Made by a program: the position numbers and the translations under genes | From: Mobula hypostoma | Taxonomy: Eukaryota | Direction of reading: 5' to 3' | NCBI RefSeq assembly: GCF_963921235.1 | Contig: NC_086117.1 | Coordinates: 17,980,001-18,044,000, forward strand | DNA: 64,000 bases | Part shown: positions 1 to 12,966 of the stretch, one piece after another | Numbering within the stretch: position 1 is the stretch's first letter | How the letters are laid out: every line of letters begins with the position of its first letter | The notes under the pieces: generated by a model | Database searches by the model: none | What the model saw: only the letters and a program-made list of their open reading frames with translations | Told to the model about the DNA's origin: nothing

Positions 1-19
1 AGGAAGTGGGGGGCGCTGC

Positions 20-582
20 TCAGGATTGAAATAAGTTGCAGAAAGTTGTAAAATTAGTCAGCTCTATCATGGGTACTAGCTTCCATAGTATCCAAGACAT
101 CATCAAGGAGTGGTGACTTAGGATGGCAGCACCTATCATTAAGAACCCCATCACCCAAGGCATGCCCTCTTCTCATTGTACTGTCAGGTAGGAGGTACAG
201 AAGCCTGAAGGCCCACACTCAGTGATTCAGGAACAGCTCCTTCCCCTCTGCCATCCGATTTCTGAACAGACATTGAACCCATGAACACTACATCACTACA
301 TTTTTGACGAAGGGTCTCGGCCCAAAACGTCGACTGTACTTCTTCCTAGAGATGCTGCCTGGCCTGCTGTGTTCACCAGCAACTTTGATGTGTGTCACTA
401 CATTTTTATTTCTGTTATTTTGCTCTACTTATTCTAACTTAACTACTTAATAGACATATACTTAACGTAACTCAGTTTTTTTCTCTATATTTATTTATCA
501 TGTATTGCATTGTTCCGCTGCTGTAAAGTCCACAAATTCTATGACATATGCCAATGATATTGAACGTGATTCTGAGTCTGAG
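20..582 (+). mobile_element. Degraded Rex1/Babar-type LINE 3' end, interrupted at 306-394 by a Penelope pLTR fragment
   Basis: Relic GRRYRSLKAHT..FRNSS/FPSAIRFLN-like coding, AT-rich UTR, GATTCT-like tail; boundaries approximate. Confidence 0.65.
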
Positions 583-799
583 TCATGAGGCTGGGACGGG
601 AGATGTCAGGGAAAGGGAAAAGAAGACAGATGTGAAGGAGAACAACACCAGGAGAAGAGGAACTGGAATTAGTAAATTGGTCAATTACTCTACTATTATC
701 ACATGTACTGAGCTACAGTGAAAAGCTTTATTTTGCATGCAATTATTTTATTACAACAGTTCATTGAGGGGAGAGTGATAGAATAACAATAACAGAACA

Positions 800-1015
800 G
801 TGCAGTGGTTAGTATCCCGGGTTCGATTCCCACTGCTGTCTGTAAGGAGTTTGTACGTTCCCCCCGTGACAATGTGGGTTGCCTTCGGGTGCTCTGGTTT
901 CATCCCACATCTCAAAGACATATAGGCTGATTGGTCAGGTGAGTGTAATTGGGCAGCACAGGCTCGTGCGGCTGGAGCGGCCTGTTGCCGTGCTGTGTCC
1001 TTAAATTGAAGGAAA
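800..1015 (+). mobile_element. tRNA-derived V-SINE copy (others ~11935-12190, 18890-19125, 20760-21060, 31010-31335, 31590-31815, 41220-42625, 55075-55325)
   Basis: B-box gggttcgattccc followed by V-domain-like ggagtttgtacgttccccccgtgac...gggtgctctggtttcatcccaca. Confidence 0.7.
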
Positions 1016-1276
1016 GGAATTAAGGGAATAAAATGTTCCACAGGAAGTGCAGTGCAGTCGGATCATGGTAGATCAATGAGTGAGGAAGAATAAAGGTGAA
1101 AGGCAGAGGAGCGTAGGTTGGAAGAGGGAGCAGAGTTGCTGAGGACGGCCCAAGCAGTGAGAAGACACCTTGTGAAAGTGCTTTCAACAATCTTGGGCCT
1201 GTTACACTAATCGAGGGAGTGTGAGCACTGAGGAGATCAGTTTAAGCGGGATGCAGCATCATAAGCAGAATAAGAT

Positions 1277-2203
1277 CGCAAACACAAGGAAATCTGCAGA
1301 TGCTGGAAATTCAAGCAACACACACAAAATGCTGGTGAACGCAGCAGATCAGGCAGCATCTCTAGGAAGAGGTACAGTCGATGTTTCGGGCCGAGACCCT
1401 TCGTCAGCACTAACTGAAGGAAGAGCTAGTAAGAGATTTGAAAGTGGGAGGGGGAGATCCGAAATGATAGGAGAAGACAGGAGGGGGAGGGATAAAGCTG
1501 AGAGCTGGAAAGTTGATTGGCAAAAGGGATACAAGGCTGGAGAAGGGAGGGGATCATGGGACGGGAGGCCTAGGACGAAAGAAGGGAAAGCGGGATCTCC
1601 CAGTGGCCACACATTTTAATTCCATGGTCCATTCCCATTCTGATATGTCTGTCCATGGCCTCCTCTACTGTCAAGATGAAGCCACACTCAGGTTGGAGGA
1701 ACAACACCTTATATTCCGTCTGGGTAACTTCCAACCTGATGGCATGAACATCGACTTCTCCAACTTCCGTTAATGCCCCTCCTCCCCTTCTTACCCCATC
1801 CCTTATTTATTTATTTGTTTGTTTGTTTATTTGTTTATTTATTTTTCCCTCTTTTTTTTCTCTCTTTTTCTCTCTCTGTCCCTCTCACAATAACTCCTTG
1901 CCTGTTCTCCATCTTCCTCTGGTGCTCCCCTCCCCTTTTCTTTCTCCCTAGGCCTCCCGTCCCATGATCCTCTCCCTTCTCCAGCTTTGTATCCCTTTTG
2001 CCAATCAACTTTCCAGCTCTTGGCTTCATCCCTCCCCCTCCTGTCTTCTCCTATCATTTCGGATCTCCCCCTCCCACTTTCAAATCTCTTATTATCTCTA
2101 CTTTCAGTTAGTCCTGACATAGGGTCTCGGCCTGGTACACTGGCTGCACTTCTTCCTATGGACGCTGTCTGGCCTGCTGCGTTCACCAGCATTTTGAGTG
2201 TGT
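1277..2203. mobile_element. Penelope-like element 3' fragment with inverted pseudo-LTR (minus arm ~1277-1590, plus arm ~1591-2203)
   Basis: GIY-YIG endonuclease C-terminus DLPVATHFNS..HSHSDMSVHGLLYCQDEATLRLEEQHLIFRLG..QPDGMNIDFSNFR*; arms are reverse complements; 13-bp TSD agcagaataagat at 1264-1276 and 2204-2216. Confidence 0.88.
1376..1411 (-). ncRNA. Minimal hammerhead ribozyme motif (PLE-type)
   Basis: Reverse complement: agtg CTGACGA a gggtctcggccc GAAA ca TC gact. Confidence 0.6.
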
Positions 2204-4967
2204 AGCAGAATAAGATTCTCATTTCGGATGATGAGTTATTGACTGCGGTAGTGCACCAGGCCATCCCGATCACTCAGCGGTCACCATGAATACCCTGAAA
2301 CACAGCCTGCGATGCAAGTTGTCATGACAGCTGCTGCACAGATTCGACAGCAAACACTGAGGAAGGCTAATGCTTCTCAAATTTTAAACTTGGCCCTGGC
2401 CGCTTTCGTTTGTCAGTGGGCTGTAGGTCTGTCATTCATCATCATCTTTGGCGATCTTCCAGCATTCCCATTCCCCCCCGCCCACCCACTTTCCCTTAGT
2501 CATTGAGTTCTTTGGTGGCTGGCCACGTGTTGTGACTGTTCTTGCGACTGGCCCATCTCAGCATCTGCTGAGCTTTTTAAGTTCGAGGGGCGTGGAGGCC
2601 GATGGCAAATGGCAATCACTTCATCAGGAGAACAGGAAACTGTTGCAAAGGTGACGGACACCTGGCAGACGTCTGAGAGAGCAGCAAACCGGAAGTGTGC
2701 CGTGCATGGGGGACATCCTGCAGTGGAACCCAAGACTATCAAATCCAGGGAAATACAATGAAATAAGGGGGAGTTATAACTCAGAATCAGGTTTGTTATT
2801 ACTGACATATCTCATGAAGTTTGTTGTTTTGCATCAGCAGTACCATGCATGCAATTGCACTAAAAATTTAAAAAAGAAATATATTAAAAAAAGTAGCGCA
2901 AAAAGAGAGCCAAAAAAAAGTGAGGTAGCATTCGTGGGTTCATTGTCCACTCAGAGATCTGACAGCAGATGGGAAAAAGCTGCTTCTAAAACACTGAGTG
3001 CGTGTCTTCAGTCTCCTGTACCTCCTCCCTGATGGTAATCATGAGGAGAGGCATGTCCCGAATGATAGATGCTTGAAGGTATGGTAGAAGGCCAGGCCAC
3101 ATCCTTGCCAGAATGGTCAGAAACCAGCCAACAGAGGTTCAGCGTAGAACTGCTGAATTTTTTGGAAAACGTTTCCTACGGTGTATTTCTGCTGGATTCT
3201 TGCTCTTGTGCATAGTGCAGAACTGAGCGCAAAAATTCTGCAGATGCTGGAAATCCAGAGCAAAACACACTGAAAGCTGGAGGAACTCACCAGGTCAGGC
3301 AGCATCCGTGGAGAGGAATAAACACCCAGCACTTCGGGCCAAGACCCTTCAGCGGAACTGCCTGTGTTCTAACTCTTCTGCCAGTTTGGGGTTAGGTTGG
3401 CCCCAGCTTAAGAGATTCCCTCTGCTGGCCATAATTAGGTATATCACATTATGAGTGGTATAGGTAGGGTAAATGCAAGCAGACTTTTTCCACTGAAGGT
3501 GGGTGAGGCAAGAACTTAGAGGTCCTGGGATAAGGGTGAAAGGTGAAATACTTAAGGCGAGCCTGAGGGGGAACTTCTTCACTCAAAGTGTGGTGTGTGT
3601 GGAAGGAGCTGCCAGCGGAGGTAGTGGATGCAGGTTCAACTGCAACATGTAAGAGATGTTTGGATAAGTACATCCGTGTGAGTTACGGATGCCTGGAGGA
3701 CTATGGTCCAAGTGCAGGCCGATGGGACTAGCCAGAATAACAGATTGCATGAGCCCGATGGGCCAAAGGGCCTGTTTGGGTGATGCATCGATCTGTGACT
3801 CTATAAAGCCCTCTTTGCCCGCAGCTGTTTTTAGGAATACTTTGTCACCTACAAACAAACCATTTTATGCACCTGGTTACACCACACAGATTTGAGTTCA
3901 AATAAATGACCTTTTTCCATTTCATGTTTAAACCTGATATCCAGGAAAGAACTGAGGACATTCCATAAACAATATTTTTCATTGCTGGTGTCCCATTCCA
4001 GTCGTGCCTGCTGAAATCCCACTGGGGAGAAAAATGTAGCGGCCAGTTAATAGAACTGAACACAGAGTTTTAGTCCTCCTGATGTTTAAAGATTCAAAGA
4101 ACATTTATTATTAAATCATGTATGCGGTATACAGCCCTGAGATTCTCCTTCTCACAGACAGCCACTAAACCAAAAAAAAACATAGAACCCATTCAAAGAA
4201 AATATCAAACGCCCAATGTGCAAAAAAAACAAATCACGCAAATGGCAAAAAAAAGTGAGAAACACACAGAATATTAAATATCAAACCCCAGTGTCCTTGA
4301 AACAGTCTAGTAGCGTTCAGTTTGGTTCAGTTCAGTTTAGCACTGTGTCGTTCGTTGACTACGGGCTGCAAAGCTAGTCTGCCCCAAGCAAAACTGCACA
4401 AAATAGCAATAAAAAAGGGAGTAAGCCACAACCAGCAACACATACAACATGAACTGCAGAACCCAATCCACAAACTGTGCCGATCAAACCTTGCCCAAGA
4501 CTGAAGACTCCGGCACCATCCTCCGGAAGCAGTTAGTGCGCGGGAGAGGGAGACTGATCAACTGAATGCGTAGAGCTAACCGTCAATACTTGCATGTGGA
4601 TTTAACATTCATGGCCAGAGATGGCTTGGACATTGTGAATAGAATGGGGAAAAGCAATTGTGTTTTAGATTTTTCAAGCTCCGAACAGTTCCTTATCTCT
4701 GATTTAAACGGGTGATTAAGGGGTGAGTGAACATTGAAATATACATAGATGCTGGGGATCTTGAAATAACAAGGGAATGACTGAAAAAAACTCAGGCAGC
4801 ATCCATGGAAAGAGAAGCAGATCAGAGACCCATCATCAGAAAAGTGATTAAGAGGGTGTTTAAAGTCTTACAAGGTATTAAAGGAAGGGTAGGGTATTCA
4901 GAGTGGAACTCTGCACTGATTGATGGATCTATGATTCGATGGCACAAGAACAAGAATCAACTTAGGG

Positions 4968-5167
4968 AAACACACAAAATGCTGGATGAACTCAGCAAGT
5001 CAGGAAGCATCTATGGAGAAAAGTAAACAGTCAGGACTGATGAAGGGTGTCAGCCCGAAACATCAACTGTTTACTCCTCTCCATGGGTGCTGCCTGGCTT
5101 GCCGGGTTCCTCCAGCATTTTGTGTGTGTTTCTCAAGGTTTCCAGCATCTGCAAAATCTCTTGTGTC
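4968..5167. mobile_element. Short foldback Penelope-pLTR derivative with + strand hammerhead core at 5037-5064
   Basis: Inverted arms cacacaaaatgctgg.../...ccagcattttgtgtgtg around CTGATGA a gggtgtcagccc GAAA ca TC. Confidence 0.7.
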
Positions 5168-5845
5168 TATGAAATTCGGGAGCTTCTCCTTACACAAGTG
5201 AGGAGAAATTCAGAATTCTATTGTGCCTTCAGCAATTGATATTAAGTCATGTATTAATATTAAGTTTGAAGTTGATTGATTTAGGTTAATGAAATATATT
5301 TAGGACATACAGCGAATAAGCAGATAATACAAATTTACCAGTTGACTGAACGGTGAAACAGTCTCACACGTCAAATATCAACTCTTGCTCCTATATTCCT
5401 ATTATTTCTGTAGACAGAAATAAAAATAAAAGTCTGAAATAAAATCAGGAAATGCTAGAAATGCTCAAAAGGTCAGTCAGCATTTGCAGAAAGTAGAATA
5501 GTAAACATTTCAGGTCCAGGACCAGTGTTGGACCTCCTACTCGAGAGAAGCCCCAGTGACCTCTTTGCTGAGTACTTGCATTCAGTCCGTGTGAGTAGTC
5601 CTGAGTATCCATAAAGTCATAGAAAAGTACATCACAGAAACAGGCCCTTCGGCCCATCTAATCCATGCTGAGCCACTAAAACTGCCTAACCCCCATCGAC
5701 CTGCACTGGGACCGTAGCCCCCCATTTCCTACCGTTGATGTACCTATCCAAACTTCTCTTATCCAGTTGCCTGCCACTTTAATTCATCGTCTGTCCCACT
5801 TGTCCTCCAGCACTGTTGCAAGCAGCCCCTACACGGTAGGGACAC

Positions 5846-5876
<31 letters not shown>

Positions 5877-6606
5877 AAATAAATCAGGTTTATTATCTCT
5901 GAGATATGTCATTAAATTTGTTGTTTTGCTGCAGTAATGCAGTGCAATATATAAGCTATACAATAGGTTACAATAAGAATGTGTATACATAAATAATAAA
6001 GACTTTATAGCCTGCAAGACTCAAGATTGACTCTCCACCTTTAGGTAGATCTCACTCTGCTGCCTGACCGAACTGCCTATCCCTGTCTGTTTGGTTCCCT
6101 TTTTCTTTTTCTAGTCAAATAATATGGCTTGCAACATATGTTCTTTCAGCCTTGCCATCTACCACCTGTTATATGGACAAAGAGGCAGAATGTGTTTGTA
6201 ACCGTCTCCATTAACCCACTTGGACTTGTCCTACTAGAAAATTGTTCTTTCTGTTCTCATCATTCCACATTCTCCTTTTGCTTCTGAAAAGTAAACTCGT
6301 TTTCTTTTCTCTCTCTTTCCCAGTCCCAAAGAAGGGCGCCGGACTTGAAACGATAACCAATTCTCCTCCCGCAGGTGCTAGCTGATCTGCTGAGTGTTCT
6401 CAGCATTTTCCATCTTTGTTTCTATACTGCTCTCTATTTCCCACTGTTAATGTGTGACAGAAGAGAGCTCTCAGAGTCTACATATGGATATAATGTCGAT
6501 TTGACATCTTAATACACACTCCTTGCAATTGTTTGTGCTTCTCAGGTAATTAGGTGGAAGGAAATGTCGCCACAATCAGCACCTATTTTTCCTAGTTCAG
6601 GGTTAG

Positions 6607-6950
6607 TCCTCCAAGGGGACCACAACCTTGTCGTTGGGTTTGGAGGCTTGTGTGCCTCAATGACGCAGAGAGCTGTGTTGGCTGGAGTCAGGGCCTTGTG
6701 CTTTGGCTCTTGATTGGGTCACCCATGCCAAACAGGTCAAAGGGTAGAGGTCAGACTAAGAGTGGTCCACCAGTCCTCCAGGTTCTGGGGCTCAGCTCAG
6801 GGCTAACAACCTTGACTGGTCAAAAGAAAAATTACTACGGAAACAGCAATGAAGAATCCTTCTACATCTGCATGCAGAGGTATGTAAGGACAGATGGAGG
6901 ACATTCATTGCTGCCCTAAACGCCAGTAGCGTAACAGGCAGTAGGTAGGT
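6607..6950 (+). mobile_element. RTE-derived bipartite non-autonomous retroelement (second copy on minus strand ~33663-33966)
   Basis: RTE/Rex3-like head (gggtcacccatgccaaacaggtc) joined to RTE-type 3' end (W-R-T-F-I-A-A-L-N-A-S) and short tail; reverse-complement copy at 33.7-34.0 kb. Confidence 0.55.
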
Positions 6951-7021
6951 GAGAAGGAATAATGTGCTGAAGGCTCAGGCTAAAACATTGTACAATTGAT
7001 AGACCTTGATCCCACATTCAG

Positions 7022-7433
7022 AAATACAAGAGATTCTGCAGATGCAGGAAATCCGGAGTAACACACATGAAATGCTGGAGGGCGCCTATGGAAAACATTA
7101 AAGTGTCAACAATTACAAACAAGAGAACATCTGCAGATGCTGGAAATCCGAGCAACACACACAAAATTCTGGAGGAACTCAGCAGGCCAGGCAGCATCTA
7201 TGGAAAAGAGTAAACAGTCGATGTTTCGAACCGAGAAGTCCTGCCAAAGGGTCTCGGCCCGAAACGCCGACTGTACTCTTTTCCGTAGATGCTGCCTGGC
7301 TCGCTGAGTTCCTCCAGCATTTTGTTTGTGTTGCTAAGAGTCAACAATTCTAGGCCTGAAACGTCAACTCTTTATTCCTCACCATAGAAGCTGCCTGGCC
7401 TGCTGAGTTCTCCAACATTTTGTGTGTGCTGCT
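7022..7433. mobile_element. Foldback pLTR element (7115-7335) nested inside an older copy of the same family
   Basis: 14-bp TSD aagtgtcaacaatt (7101-7114) / aagagtcaacaatt (7336-7349); both layers palindromic. Confidence 0.75.
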
Positions 7434-8440
7434 CCCACATTCAGAGCAGTGCACTTCACTTCTGCTACCGTGGTAATTTCATTGACTTTCCAGCCTTCCT
7501 TTCCGCTCTCTGAGAAGTTTGAATTTTGAAATAGTGGGCACTTGGAGCTATGTCCGATGGTTGGTATTGTTTACGTGCAGCTGACTGAAATAGAAACTTT
7601 GCATCTGTGCATTACACAGTCTCCATCCAGACCAAACCCAATTAAAACAGCAGTAAAGTTACTCATATATTAATCTTACAGTGTTTACATTCTTATTTGG
7701 GTTTGAAGAGTTATTGCCAGGAAGTTTTGCGTTGTACTAAGCAGCTGCTTTTACTGCCCTTGGATGGAAAGCAAGCTGAAATTTGGAATTTCTGTGCATT
7801 CTGACAAATGAGAAGGAATGAGCCTATTTTCTGGTTATTGTCAGTTGTGGACAGCAAATTTGTTTGGTGAAGAATCCATCATTAGGCCAGGATTTTAACC
7901 TCTGGTTGGTGATTGATAAAAGGTTTTAAAAAATAACATAGGAGTTATAAATCCAAAGGTGTGTTCAAATCCTACGGTACTCCAACATGGACATTTAAAT
8001 TAACTAAATAAAAAGTCCCTGTCAATAATGGCGGCAATGAAACTATTTTCAGTTCAGTATGCATTCGTTTCTCTAAAGTCCCTTGACGGAAGGTAATATC
8101 TATGCTGACCTGTAGCAATGTAATATTCTCTTATGAATGATGAGGGTCTTGGCCTGAAACAGTCTGTTTATTCCCTTCCATAGACGTTGCCTGACTATTG
8201 GAGTTACTGCAGCATTTTTGTGTGCGTTGCTGAAGTTTCCAGCATCTGAAGAATCTCTTGTGTTTACAATAAACTCTTCACTCTCTTTAAAGGAGGTGAT
8301 GCTGGTCACTTAGATACTTAGAGATGGGAAATAAATACTGACTGCTTTATCTGCGCTGCATCTGGTGAATGGAATGTTAAGAGTGTAACATTACAGCACA
8401 GTATGGGCCCTTCGGCCCACGGTATTGTACTGACTTTTAG

Positions 8441-9361
8441 ACAATAGGTGCAGGAGTAGACCATTCAGCCCTTCGAGCCAGCACCGCTATTCACTGTGAT
8501 CATGGCTGATCATCCACTATCAGTATCCAGTTCCTGTCTTATCCCCACAACCTTTGATTCTGCTATCTTTAAGAGCTCTATCCATCTCTTTCTTGAAAGC
8601 ATCCAGAGACTTGGCCTCCACAGCCTTCTGGGGCAGAGCATTCCATATATCCACCACTCTCTGGGTGAAAAAGTTTTTCCTCAACTCCGTTCTAAATGGC
8701 CTACCCCTAATACTGAAACTGTGGCCTCTGGTTCTGGACTCACCCATCAGTGGGAACATGCTTCCTGCCTGCAGCGTGTCCAATCCCTTAATAATCTTAT
8801 ATGTTTCAATCAGATCCCCTCTCAGCCTTCTAAATTCCAGAGTATACAAGCCCAGTCGCTCCAATCTTTCGACATATGACAGTCCCGCCATCCCGGGAAT
8901 TAACCTTGTGAACCTACACTGCACTCCCTCAATAGCAAGAATGTCCTTCCTCAAATTTGGAGACCAAAACTGCACACAGTACTCCAGGTGTGGTCTCGCC
9001 AGGGCGCTGTACAGCTGCAGAAGGACCTCTTTGCTCTTATACTCAATTCCCCTTGTTATGAAGGCCAGCATGCCATTAGCTTTTTTTCACTGCCTGCTGT
9101 ACTTACATGCTTGCTTTCAGTGACTGATGTACAAGAACACCTAGATCTCGTTGTGCTTCCCCTTTTCCTAACTTGACTCCATTTAGATAATAATCTGCCT
9201 TCCCGTTCTTACCACCAAAGTGGATAACCTCACATTTATCCACATTAAACTGCATCTGCCATGCATCTGCCCACTCACCCAGCCTGTCCAAGTCACCCTG
9301 CTTTCTCATAACATCCTCCTCACATTTCACACTGCCTCCCAGCTTTGTGTCATCGGCAAAT
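8441..9361 (-). mobile_element. CR1-type LINE, 5'-truncated ORF2 C-terminus and 3' UTR
   Basis: DLDRLGEWADAWQMQFNVDKCEVIHFG and ALARPHLEYCVQFWSP...LEFRRLRGDLIETYKI...FFTQRVVDIWNALP; frameshifted. Confidence 0.9.
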
Positions 9362-10064
9362 CTACTCTACTCTTTTAACCTACTCTACGGCAATCTAACC
9401 CTTCCCTCCAACATAGCCCTTCATTTTTTGATCATCCATGTGCCTATCTAAGAGTTTCTTAAATGCCCCTAGTGTATCTTCCTCTACCGCTCCCACGAGC
9501 AGTGTGCTCCATGCACCCACCACTCTCTGTGTAAAAAACTTAGCTCTGACATCACCCCTATAACTTCCCTCATTGAACTTAAAATTATTGTTATTACTAA
9601 GGCTGGGAATCCAATTGTAACCGATCTCGGTCTGTCCTTCCTCTCCCGGGAGTGAAGTCTTTGGGGCTTCTGTTAACATTTCTGGATCTCTGGGTTTTTA
9701 CAGGATGGGGTTACTAGCTCCATGTCCAACCCTCCCCCTTTCACAGTCAGGCCTGGGACTGTCTGTGGTGGAATTATCTTCTAATTATGCTCCTTTATAT
9801 TAACCATTTCCATCCTGGGGAAAAAATTCTCTGGCAGTGCATGCAATCTATGCATCTTATCATCTTGTACACCTCTGTCAAGTCACCTTTAACTCTCCTT
9901 CACTCCAAAGAGAAAAATACGAGCTATTCTGCTATCTGCTAATTTTCTGGATCATAAAATTTCAACAAATCGAAAATTATTGCAATATGATTGACAGTGT
10001 ATGGCACCATTAGTGTCTCTGCCTGTTCCTAGAAGGAAAAGTTAAATTAACCCTGCACACCATA

Positions 10065-10478
10065 CCCTCAGTGTCCACTTTATTAGGTACAGGAGTGGAA
10101 CCCATTGTGGGCTTCTGCTACTGTAGCCCATCCACTTTGAGATTTGATGCCTTGTGCATTCAGAGGTGCTGAGTTGTTGTCACCTTTCTGTCAGCTACCA
10201 TTCTCTGTAAATTCTAGAGACTGGCTGTGCATAAAAATTCCAGGAGATCAGCACTTTCTGAGATAGTGAAACCACCCTGTCTAGCACCAACAATCATTCC
10301 TCGGTCAAAGTCATTTAGATCACATTTCTTCCCCATTCTGATGTTTGGTCTAAACAACAACTGAACCTCTTGACCATGTCTGCATGCTTTACTGAGTTGC
10401 TGCCACATGATTGGCTGATGAAATATTCGCATTAACGTGCAGGTGTACAGGAGTACCTAACAAAGTGGCCACTGAATG
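10065..10478. mobile_element. Tc1-type non-autonomous element (TIR CACTCAGTGGCCACTTTATTAGGTAC, TA TSD); further copies 15453-15633, 28423-28951, 49264-49832
   Basis: TIRs flanked by TA; residual transposase N-terminus MGKKCDLxDFDRGMIVGAR.GG..ISE.ADL. Confidence 0.8.
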
Positions 10479-11160
10479 TACAATCTATGGGCAACATCTG
10501 CTTGGATAGACTTTATCTGTATCAGGGGAAGGCATTTTTCAGCTCATATTTACCCCCACAGTGCTAACTTCGCCTCCAATGCTGTTATGTAAATACTAGA
10601 AGGCGGAGCCTTCCTGTGGTCAAGGCAACCCCCCCCCCACCCAACCACCTCCCCCAGAGGTGCTTTGATCACTGGGTTAGCCATGCTCTTAGCCACTTGT
10701 TGCTGGTATGGATGGAAGGCTTTGAATGTCTCTAGCATTCTCAAGATTTAAATATACAGTGAAACTAAAAATATCAATCTCTAAAAATATTGTCAAATTA
10801 ATTTCATCTTTAATTGTTTAAAGTGATCAATTAATGAACTTCAATGTGTATGGTCAGAAAGTAAAGCATGTCTCCAGCGCTGTGTAAGTGAAAAAAGGAG
10901 AGCTGAACCTGTGAAGTCTAACTGGGCAGATTTCCCATTGTAACTGCTAAGGAAGTACAGAAAGCTGGTGTTCTGCCACTAGGGCTATTTCAATGATTGA
11001 TCTCATTGCTTGTTTTAAAAGGACAAGCAGTAGTGAGCTGTCAAAGATCCCGTTTCCTTCTTTCTGTAAATGGCTCACAAGCAATCCTTGTAAAACTACC
11101 TAATCCTCCCCCGTGCATGGCCTAACCCGTGATCAACTCTTAAAATTCCCTTGACTGAGA

Positions 11161-11813
11161 CATACTGTGCAAGAGTTTTATGTATGCATAAAAAAATCCG
11201 TACAATGAAGATGCTTTCAAAAGTAATAGAATGATAAGTTTCTAATCATCAAAAATTTACTATAAAGAGTGGTGAACAGTAAAATACTAAATCAAATTAA
11301 TATTTCCTGTAACTAATCTTTGCCTTTAAAAGTGTATCAATTCTAATAGGCACCCTGTCGTGCAATTTTATAAGAAATTCAGCTGGTAGGTTGTTCCAAG
11401 CATCTTGGAGAATGTGTCTGATGCACTATCAATTACTCCAAAAGACTGGAAGTAGAGTAAATACTGAAAGGCTTTTATTAACAGTAAAATGGATCCACGT
11501 CCATGCTGTATGTCTGTCCTGGATTGAGGGAGGAGCAGTGACACAATCGCCTTTATTCAGGGGTCTGTGGGAGGAGCCGCAGGAGCAGTCAGCAGAGGAG
11601 CGTGTCCAGACAGGTAACCCAGTTACAACCTATATACATGGTTTACCACAGTGCCACAGCTCTTCTGCAGACTTTTGCTGTCTCGCTTGCTTCTGTCTCT
11701 CCTTGTAATCCCAGACCACCTCAGTGATGTTGAGATCAGGGCTCTGTGGAGGCCATACTGTTTGAAACCATATAAAAACTCGAGGGTGCCTAAGACTTTT
11801 GCACAGTATTGTA
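11161..11813. mobile_element. Tc1-type deletion derivative (TIR CAGTACTGTGCAAAAGTCTTAGGCACC) hosting a solo-LTR-like insert
   Basis: Starts catactgtgcaagagtttta, ends gggtgcctaagacttttgcacagtattgta. Confidence 0.6.
11419..11650. mobile_element. Solo-LTR-like insertion (232 bp)
   Basis: TG...CA termini; 5-bp flanks gtgtc/gtgcc; minus-strand AATAAA. Confidence 0.5.
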
Positions 11814-12395
11814 TTTAAGTAAACATAACTTTTAAGATTACTTTTACTGTGAAATGTAATGGACTGTATTGTGTCCTGTCATAGTAAGTTGATTTACAAT
11901 TCTGTCATGTACACCAAGTAATGTACTAACTATCCTTATTGATTTACTCAGCACAGAGTAGGCCCGACTAGCTCTTTCAGCCCTGCAGCCCCAGCAACCC
12001 CCGACAACTCCGATTAACCCTAACCTAACCATGGGACAATTTACAATGACCAATTGGCCTAGCTGATGCACCTTTGTATGTGGGAGACAATTGGAGCACC
12101 CAGGGAAAACCCATGCATTCCACGGCTAAAGGAACTTCTTATAGACGGTGGCGGAATTGAACTCCAAACTCCAAACTCCAAACTCCGATACCTCAAGCTG
12201 GAAATCTTTATGCATGATGTTCAATTCAGTAAGTCCTTATGTGCTAACGCTTCAACATGTTTGTAATCCTAAAATGCCCAACCATCCCTGGAAGTGAAGT
12301 GCCCAAGCAGTCATTTTAATTAATATTTGTAAAAATTCCAAAAGCAAATCAAAATGTGGTAAACAATGGGGAAGAGAAATAATAGGGGTTGTGCA

Positions 12396-12966
12396 TGTTG
12401 TAGCGTGGATGAAATCACTGGAGAGACAGAGTCACTGGTAGATACAAAACAGCTTCTTGATTTGACTCAACAAGCAGGCATCATACGGACGGAGACACTT
12501 TCGGTAGAAAGGTCTGCTAGCCCAATGTGGGATTGATATTTATATGCTAAACACAAAGGCAATCGCTACTTAAAAAGTTATAGACAATGCATAGACAATA
12601 CTTTTTATTGAAGCTACATACAAAATATCACACCACCTAACTCCATCCTTTCCTTCCGATGCCAACATGTCTGGGTTGGTATCCACAGCCTTTAGGAATG
12701 CAATAAATCCACAATGTATTTATTTGGCATTTTACGTGCTAACATAGAAGACAATTAACATTTATAATGTATAGATGATACTGTCTTCAAAACTACAGCA
12801 TCTGGTCAAACTACGGTGCCAGAAGCATCTGATATTCACACCTTTTTAGGAAGCTCATTGTTGTGGACTCAATCCACAGTACTTGATCAAATAGTCAAAT
12901 AGAAATCTGGTGGCCAAAGTCATTTAAGTGTAAACAAATCATCTACCCAAAAAACTCACTCTAACA
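12396..12966. mobile_element. Solo-LTR-like insertion (571 bp)
   Basis: TGTTG...TAACA termini; flanks gtgca/gtgta; start resembles the 25169 element (ctggagagaca). Confidence 0.55.

Noticed and set aside
1221-2273. Recurrent 70-150 aa ORFs (…GRGTVDVSGRDPSS…) here and at 21583-22490
   Set aside because: They are readings of the Penelope UTR/pLTR; only the GIY-YIG C-terminal frame is real TE coding.
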